A stretch of 60,224 bases of DNA from positions 1 through 60,224 of the forward strand of contig JBGPZD010000002.1 of the NCBI GenBank assembly GCA_041493605.1. Reading direction: 5' to 3'. The notes under the pieces are model-generated. The model was not told where the DNA came from. It did no database searches and was given only the letters and a program-made list of their open reading frames with translations. Position numbers and translations under genes: made by a program. Positions 55,608-60,224 of the stretch are shown piece by piece. Every line of letters begins with the position of its first letter. Position 1 is the stretch's first letter. Source of the stretch: Candidatus Methylomirabilia bacterium (GTDB lineage Bacteria; Methylomirabilota; Methylomirabilia; Rokubacteriales; CSP1-6).

Positions 55608-56785
55608 ATGACCGCCTTCTTCCTGAGGCGCGCGAGGTCGGCCGGGCCGTAGCCCAGCTCGCCCAGGAGCGTCTCGTTGTCCTCACCGAGCAGCGGCGAG
55701 CCCTTCCTCAGGCGCGCCGGCGATCGCGAGAGCTTGACGGGATTGCCCAGGGCCCGCGTCCGGCCCGCCTGCGGGTGCTCGTATTCCTGCACCATGCCCC
55801 GGGCGCGGGCGTGCGGATCGGCCAGCGCCTCGGCGACGTCGTAGATGGGGCCGGCGGGGATGCCCTCGGCCTCGCACTTGGCGAGCCAGTGGGCACGCGT
55901 CTCGCGTCCCGTGACCTCCTCGACCAGCCGCTCGAGCTCGGCGCGGTGCTTGACGCGGCCCGCGAGCGTATTGAAGCGCGGGTCGCGGGTCAGCGCCTCG
56001 AGCCCCAGCAGCCCGGCAAAGCGGGGCCAGAGCTTTTCGTTGGCGGCGCCCACGGTGAAGAAGCCGTCGCGGGCCCTGAAGGCCTGATAGGGCGCGTTGA
56101 GCCGGTGCGCCGTCCCCAGCCTCCGCGGCACCTCGCCGGTGTACCAGTACTCGGTGGCCTCCCAGTGCGAGAGGCCGAGCCCGGCCTCGAAGAGCGAGGT
56201 GTCGACGAACTGGCCGCGGCCCGTGACCCGCCGCGCGCGCACGGCGCACAAGATCCCGACCACGGCGAAGAGCCCGGCGCCGAGATCGGTGACGGGCACG
56301 CCCACCTTGACCGGCGGGCCGCCCTCGTTGCCCGTGGCGCTCATGATGCCGCTCATGCCCTGGGTGATCAGGTCGTAGCCGCCGCGGCTCGCATAGGGGC
56401 CGGTCTGGCCGAAGCCGGAGATGGAGCAGTAGATGAGGCGAGGGTTGACGGCCCGGAGCGTCTCGTAGCCCACCCCGAGCCGCGTGGCGACGCCCGGGCG
56501 ATAGTTCTCGACGAGCACGTCGGCCGTCGCCACGAGCTTCTTGAGGATTTCGACGCCTTCTGGTTGCTTGAGGTCGAGGGTGATGCCGCGCTTGTTGCGG
56601 TTCACGGCCAGGAACGCGGCCGAGATCCCCGGCTTGACGTCGAGCCCCGTGCGCCGCGTGTGCTCGCCGCCCGGCGGCTCCACCTTGATCACGTCGGCGC
56701 CCATGTCGGCCAGCAGCATGCTGCAGAACGGGCCGGCCATCACCTGGGTCTGGTCGATCACACGGAGTCCGTCGAGGGCCATCAT
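55604..56785 (-). CDS. Family III CoA-transferase (CaiB/BaiF)
   Basis: 393 aa. Contains LDGLRVIDQTQVMAGPFC, ADVIKVEPP, YCSISGFG and GYDLITQGMSG. Paralog of 53893..55077. Confidence 0.9.
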   Translation of the reverse strand: MMALDGLRVIDQTQVMAGPFCSMLLADMGADVIKVEPPGGEHTRRTGLDVKPGISAAFLAVNRNKRGITLDLKQPEGVEILKKLVATADVLVENYRPGVATRLGVGYETLRAVNPRLIYCSISGFGQTGPYASRGGYDLITQGMSGIMSATGNEGGPPVKVGVPVTDLGAGLFAVVGILCAVRARRVTGRGQFVDTSLFEAGLGLSHWEATEYWYTGEVPRRLGTAHRLNAPYQAFRARDGFFTVGAANEKLWPRFAGLLGLEALTRDPRFNTLAGRVKHRAELERLVEEVTGRETRAHWLAKCEAEGIPAGPIYDVAEALADPHARARGMVQEYEHPQAGRTRALGNPVKLSRSPARLRKGSPLLGEDNETLLGELGYGPADLARLRKKAVI

Positions 56786-56861
56786 GGGGCGCGCGCTCTC
56801 CTGTTCGTGAAGCTCGCCGTCACCGGCAGCGGCGGTAGGCTAACACGGATTCTCGGCCGGG

Positions 56862-56870
56862 TGCTACAAT
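56862..56870 (+). promoter_or_regulatory. Extended -10 TGcTACAAT upstream of the enoyl-CoA hydratase gene (31-nt leader with AAGGAGG)
   Basis: Read directly from the sequence. Confidence 0.4.
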
Positions 56871-56901
56871 CGCGCCACCAGCGCCCAAGGAGGCGTCTTC
56901 C

Positions 56902-57681
56902 GTGGATACCAGCGAAGTCCTCGTCAGCCGCGACGGCCCCATCGTTACGCTGACCTTCAACCGCCCCGAGGCTCGCAATGCGCTGACTTGGGCCATGTAC
57001 GAGCGGCTCTTCGAGACCTGCGAGGAGGTGGACGCCGACGACTCGGTCCGCGTGCTCGTGCTGCGAGGCGCCGGCGGCAAGGCGTTCGTCGCGGGGACCG
57101 ACATCAGCCAGTTCAAGGCCTTCCAGACGGCGGAGGACGGCATCCAGTACGAGAAGGACGGCGAGCGCCGCATCGGGCGGCTCGAGCGCGTGCGCAAGCC
57201 CGTGATCGCCCAGATCGAGGGCTACGCGGTGGGCGGCGGCTTCGGCATCGCCGCCGCCGCCGACCTGCGCATCGCGACGCCCGACGCCAAGTTCGGCGCG
57301 CCCATCGCGCGCACGCTGGGCAACTGCCTCTCGATGGAAGCCTACTCGCGCTTCCTCGACCTGCTGGGCCCGTCGCGCCTCAAGGAGCTGATCTTCACGG
57401 CGCGGCTGCTCTCGGCCGAGGAGGCGCACGCCGCGGGCTTCGTCCATGAGATCGTGCCCGTCGACCAGATCGGCGCCCGCGTCGGGGCCCTGGCCGAGCA
57501 GATCGCCTCCCACGCGCCGATCACGCTCTGGGTGACCAAGGAGGCCGTGCGCCGCATCCAGGAGCAGCGCCGCGCGCGCGGCGGCGAGGATCTCATCGCC
57601 GCGACCTACGCCAGCGCCGACTTCCGCGAAGGGGTGCGCGCCTTCCTCGAGAAGCGCAAGCCCAACTGGACCGGCAAGTGA
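56902..57681 (+). CDS. Enoyl-CoA hydratase/isomerase (crotonase) family
   Basis: 259 aa. GTG start with AAGGAGG 8 nt upstream. Contains FNRPEARNAL, FVAGTDI and EGYAVGGG. Confidence 0.88.
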   Translation: MDTSEVLVSRDGPIVTLTFNRPEARNALTWAMYERLFETCEEVDADDSVRVLVLRGAGGKAFVAGTDISQFKAFQTAEDGIQYEKDGERRIGRLERVRKPVIAQIEGYAVGGGFGIAAAADLRIATPDAKFGAPIARTLGNCLSMEAYSRFLDLLGPSRLKELIFTARLLSAEEAHAAGFVHEIVPVDQIGARVGALAEQIASHAPITLWVTKEAVRRIQEQRRARGGEDLIAATYASADFREGVRAFLEKRKPNWTGK

Positions 57682-57704
57682 CTCGGCCTCTGCCCGCGTG
57701 CGCG

Positions 57705-58688
57705 ATGGAGCGACGAGCCTTCGTCCTGACAGTCGGGATAGGCGTGTTGGTGGCTCCGCTCAGCTTGGCAGCGCAGCAGCCGCAGAAGGTTCCGCGCGTC
57801 GGCTATCTCTTCTCCTTCACGCCGGCAGAAGGCCGCCACCTCTGGGAGGCCTGCCGGCTAGGTCTCCGCGAGCTGGGCTATGTGGAGGGGCAGAACATTG
57901 TGCTCGAACCGCGATGGGCAGACGGGCGTCATGAACGCCTTCCAGAGCTCGCGGCAGATTTGGTGCGGCTCAAGGTGGACGTCCTTGTTTCGGCAGCCAC
58001 CCCCGCAAGCCGCGCGGCCAAGGCCGCGACCAGCTCGATCCCGATCGTCATCGTCGCCGTGGGCGAGCCCGTGAAGATGGGGCTGGTCGCGAGTCTCGCC
58101 CGGCCTGGGGGGAATGTGACGGGCCTCAGCCTGCTCACAACGGAGCTGAGTGGCAAACGCCTGGAGCTGCTCGCGGATATCGTGCGCAATATTCACCGGG
58201 TGGCTGCCCTGATGAATCCCGACAATCCTGTTACTGCCGTGTTTCTTGCGGAGACACGAGACGCCGCCCGAAGATTGGGAGTCCAGCTTCAGCCGTTGCA
58301 GGCACGAAATTCGGGAGAGATAGAGCAGGCGTTTAACACCGCCACTATGGAACGGGCCGCCGCGCTGATCGTTTTCGACGATCCCGTGATCTGGAGCTAC
58401 CGGGCACAGATTGTCGCGCACGCGGCGAAGCGACGCCTCCCCGTGATGTACGGGTTCCGCGACTTCGTAGACGAGGGAGGGCTGATGTCCTACGGGCCCG
58501 ACAGAGTTAACCACTATCGGCGCACCGCAATCTACGTGGACAAGATTCTCAGGGGCGCGAGGCCGGCCGATCTGCCCGTCGAGCAGCCAACCAAGTTCGA
58601 GCTCATCGTCAACGTGACGACCGCGAAGGCCCTCGGCCTGACCATCCCACCGTCCCTTTTGCTACGAGTGGATCAGGTGATCGAGTGA
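57705..58688 (+). CDS. Orphan ABC-transporter substrate-binding protein (ABC_sub_bind / PF04392-like)
   Basis: ORF 57678..58688; the likely start is MERRAFVLTVGIGVLVAPLSLAAQ (signal peptide). Contains VGYLF, GYVEGQNI, VDVLVS, IPIVI, ARPGGNVTG, KRLELL, YVDKILRGA.PADLPVEQPTKFELVIN and AKALGLTIP. Confidence 0.85.
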   Translation: MERRAFVLTVGIGVLVAPLSLAAQQPQKVPRVGYLFSFTPAEGRHLWEACRLGLRELGYVEGQNIVLEPRWADGRHERLPELAADLVRLKVDVLVSAATPASRAAKAATSSIPIVIVAVGEPVKMGLVASLARPGGNVTGLSLLTTELSGKRLELLADIVRNIHRVAALMNPDNPVTAVFLAETRDAARRLGVQLQPLQARNSGEIEQAFNTATMERAAALIVFDDPVIWSYRAQIVAHAAKRRLPVMYGFRDFVDEGGLMSYGPDRVNHYRRTAIYVDKILRGARPADLPVEQPTKFELIVNVTTAKALGLTIPPSLLLRVDQVIE

Positions 58689-58801
58689 GGAGCCTCACCG
58701 CCAACGCCCTGGCTGCCTCCACACCGCTGCCCGTGAGCGCGGCTCAGGTCCGATAAACGCCTTGAAGTCAACCGCGCGCCAATTAGTGAGTCCCTTCTAG
58801 G

Positions 58802-59779
58802 CTAAAGCGGCTTCTTCAGCAGCCGGGCCAGCTCACCCACCACGCCCCGGCGGAAGGTCAGCACGCAGACGACGAAGATCGCGCCCTGGATGATGGTCAC
58901 CCAGGAGCCCAGCTGGGCCAGGTAGTGCTCGAGGGTGACCATGATCAGCGCGCCTACGACGGGGCCGAACACCGTCCCCATGCCGCCCAGGAGGGTCATC
59001 AGCACCACCTCGCCGGACATGGTCCAGTGCACATCGGTGAGCGAGGCCAGCTGGAACACCAGGGACTTGGTGCCCCCGGCGAGTCCCGCCAGCGTGGCCG
59101 AGATCACGAAGGCGATGAGCTTGTAGTGGTCGGCGGTATAGCCCAGCGAGACGGCCCGCGGCTCGTTCTCCCGGATGGCTTTCAGTACCTGTCCGAATGG
59201 CGAGTGGATGGCGCGGTAGACCAGCAGGAAGCCCACGAGGAACACCGCGAGCACGACGTAGTAGATCGTGAGCGTGCCGCGCAGGTCCAGCAGCCCGAAC
59301 ATCATCCCCCGCGGCACGGCCTGAATGCCGTCTTCGCCGTGGGTGAAAGGCGTCTGCACGCAGAAGAAGTAAATCATCTGCGCGAAGGCCAGGGTGATGT
59401 TGGCGAAGTAGATGCCTTTGCTGCGGATGGAGAGGTACCCGACCACGGCGCCCAGGCCGGCCGCCGCGGCGGTGCCGACCAGGATGGCCGCCTCGGGCGG
59501 CGCGCCCCAGACCTTGGCGGCGTGGGCCGAGACGTAGCCCGCCGAGCCGAGGAAGGCGGCATGGCCGAAGGACAGCAGGCCCACGTAGCCCAGCAGCAGG
59601 TTGAAGGCGCAGGCGAACAGCGCGAAGCAGAGCGCCTTCATCATAAACAGCGGGTAGACGAAGAACGGCGCGGCGGCGAAGAACGCGATCATGACCGCGA
59701 ACGCCATCACCTGGTGCCGCGGGATGGCCGGCACGGCGGCTGCCGGCGGGGCGGCGGCGTATTCCTTGGTCGCGGCCAT
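58802..59779 (-). CDS. HAAT-family ABC permease (LivM-like)
   Basis: 325 aa. Contains NLLLGYVGLLSFGHAAFLGSAGY and SIRSKGIYFANITL. Confidence 0.88.
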   Translation of the reverse strand: MAATKEYAAAPPAAAVPAIPRHQVMAFAVMIAFFAAAPFFVYPLFMMKALCFALFACAFNLLLGYVGLLSFGHAAFLGSAGYVSAHAAKVWGAPPEAAILVGTAAAAGLGAVVGYLSIRSKGIYFANITLAFAQMIYFFCVQTPFTHGEDGIQAVPRGMMFGLLDLRGTLTIYYVVLAVFLVGFLLVYRAIHSPFGQVLKAIRENEPRAVSLGYTADHYKLIAFVISATLAGLAGGTKSLVFQLASLTDVHWTMSGEVVLMTLLGGMGTVFGPVVGALIMVTLEHYLAQLGSWVTIIQGAIFVVCVLTFRRGVVGELARLLKKPL

Positions 59780-59780
59780 G

Positions 59781-60224
59781 CTACTTCTCGCGGCCGAACA
59801 GGCCGGTCGGCTTGACCAGCAGCACGATGGCCATGATGACGAAGATCACCGTGTTGGAGGCCTCCGGGTAGAAGACCTTGGTCAGCCCCTCGACCACGCC
59901 CAGGGTGAAGCCCGTGACGATGGAGCCCATGATGGAGCCCATCCCCCCGATGACCACCACCGCGAACACCACGATGATGAGGTCGGCGCCCATCAGCGGG
60001 TTGACCTGGTAGATGGGCGCCGCCAGCACCCCGGCCAGCGCGGCCAGGCCCACGCCGAAGCCGTAGGTCAGCGTGATCATCCGCGGCACGTTGATGCCGA
60101 AGGCCTGCACCAGCGCCGGGTTCTCGGTGGCGGCGCGGAGGTAGGAGCCGAGCTTGGTCCGCTCGATCACGTACCACGTGACGAGACACGTGCCGAGGGA
60201 GAAGACCACCACCCACGCGCGGTA
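59781..60224 (-). CDS. HAAT-family ABC permease (LivH-like), N-terminus truncated by the window edge
   Basis: ORF 59781..60212 stays open in the same frame to the window end. C-terminus VKPTGLFGREK. The stop lies 1 nt before the next gene's ATG. Confidence 0.85.
   Translation of the reverse strand, partial: YRAWVVVFSLGTCLVTWYVIERTKLGSYLRAATENPALVQAFGINVPRMITLTYGFGVGLAALAGVLAAPIYQVNPLMGADLIIVVFAVVVIGGMGSIMGSIVTGFTLGVVEGLTKVFYPEASNTVIFVIMAIVLLVKPTGLFGREK

Overview
High-GC (by eye roughly 68-70% G+C) bacterial chromosomal segment. It is very densely coded. I call 62 protein genes, 2 of them truncated by the window edges, and many have 1-20 nt start/stop overlaps. I found no rRNA, tRNA, CRISPR array, transposase or integrase. 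The gene content resembles an uncultured soil lineage (Rokubacteria/Methylomirabilota-like or deltaproteobacterial), but taxonomy cannot be decided from this window.

Gene content, left to right:
- A secreted beta-lactamase-fold/DUF1343 fusion.
- A tightly packed chromate-resistance-like operon: chrB, chrA, a secreted jelly-roll protein, an atypical LMW-phosphatase-like protein, a second stand-alone ChrB-C domain, and an MFS transporter.
- Miscellaneous metabolism: OCD, SDR, DCC, two aminotransferases, a TPP enzyme, and a MaoC pair.
- A minus-strand array: small plus large membrane proteins, uvrA, pyk, enoyl-CoA hydratase, FG-GAP protein, Grx-DinB protein.
- An ECF sigma / Ogt-Ada-Zn fusion / 2OG-oxygenase operon.
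- A roughly 20 kb co-directional minus-strand array (33004-53390). It contains two paralogous Liv-type ABC importer modules, each with an embedded long-chain acyl-CoA synthetase, plus a PaaK-like ligase, an ACAD, a glutaconate-type CoA-transferase A/B pair, transaldolase and a PfkB kinase.
- A CaiB / gamma-CA-like / CaiB cluster.

Main second-look items:
1. Two thioredoxin-fold genes each carry an in-frame TGA exactly where the first Cys of a CxxC motif belongs (UPHC at 13147-13149; USSC at 19271-19273). The second has a perfect 9-bp hairpin starting 11 nt after the UGA. Both are candidate selenoproteins that an ORF caller splits or truncates.
2. An ECF sigma factor is co-transcribed with an Ogt protein that carries an Ada-type methyl-sensing Zn domain at its C-terminus.
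3. A conserved intergenic element with a 10-codon mini-ORF lies between livH and livM in both ABC modules. Its core is shared with a perfect in-frame 42-nt tandem duplication inside the acyl-CoA dehydrogenase gene.
4. -10 boxes recur 6-10 nt upstream of start codons, suggesting leaderless mRNAs. One case is a palindromic -10 shared by two divergent genes.

All calls rest on reading the translations and the DNA. No database search was run.
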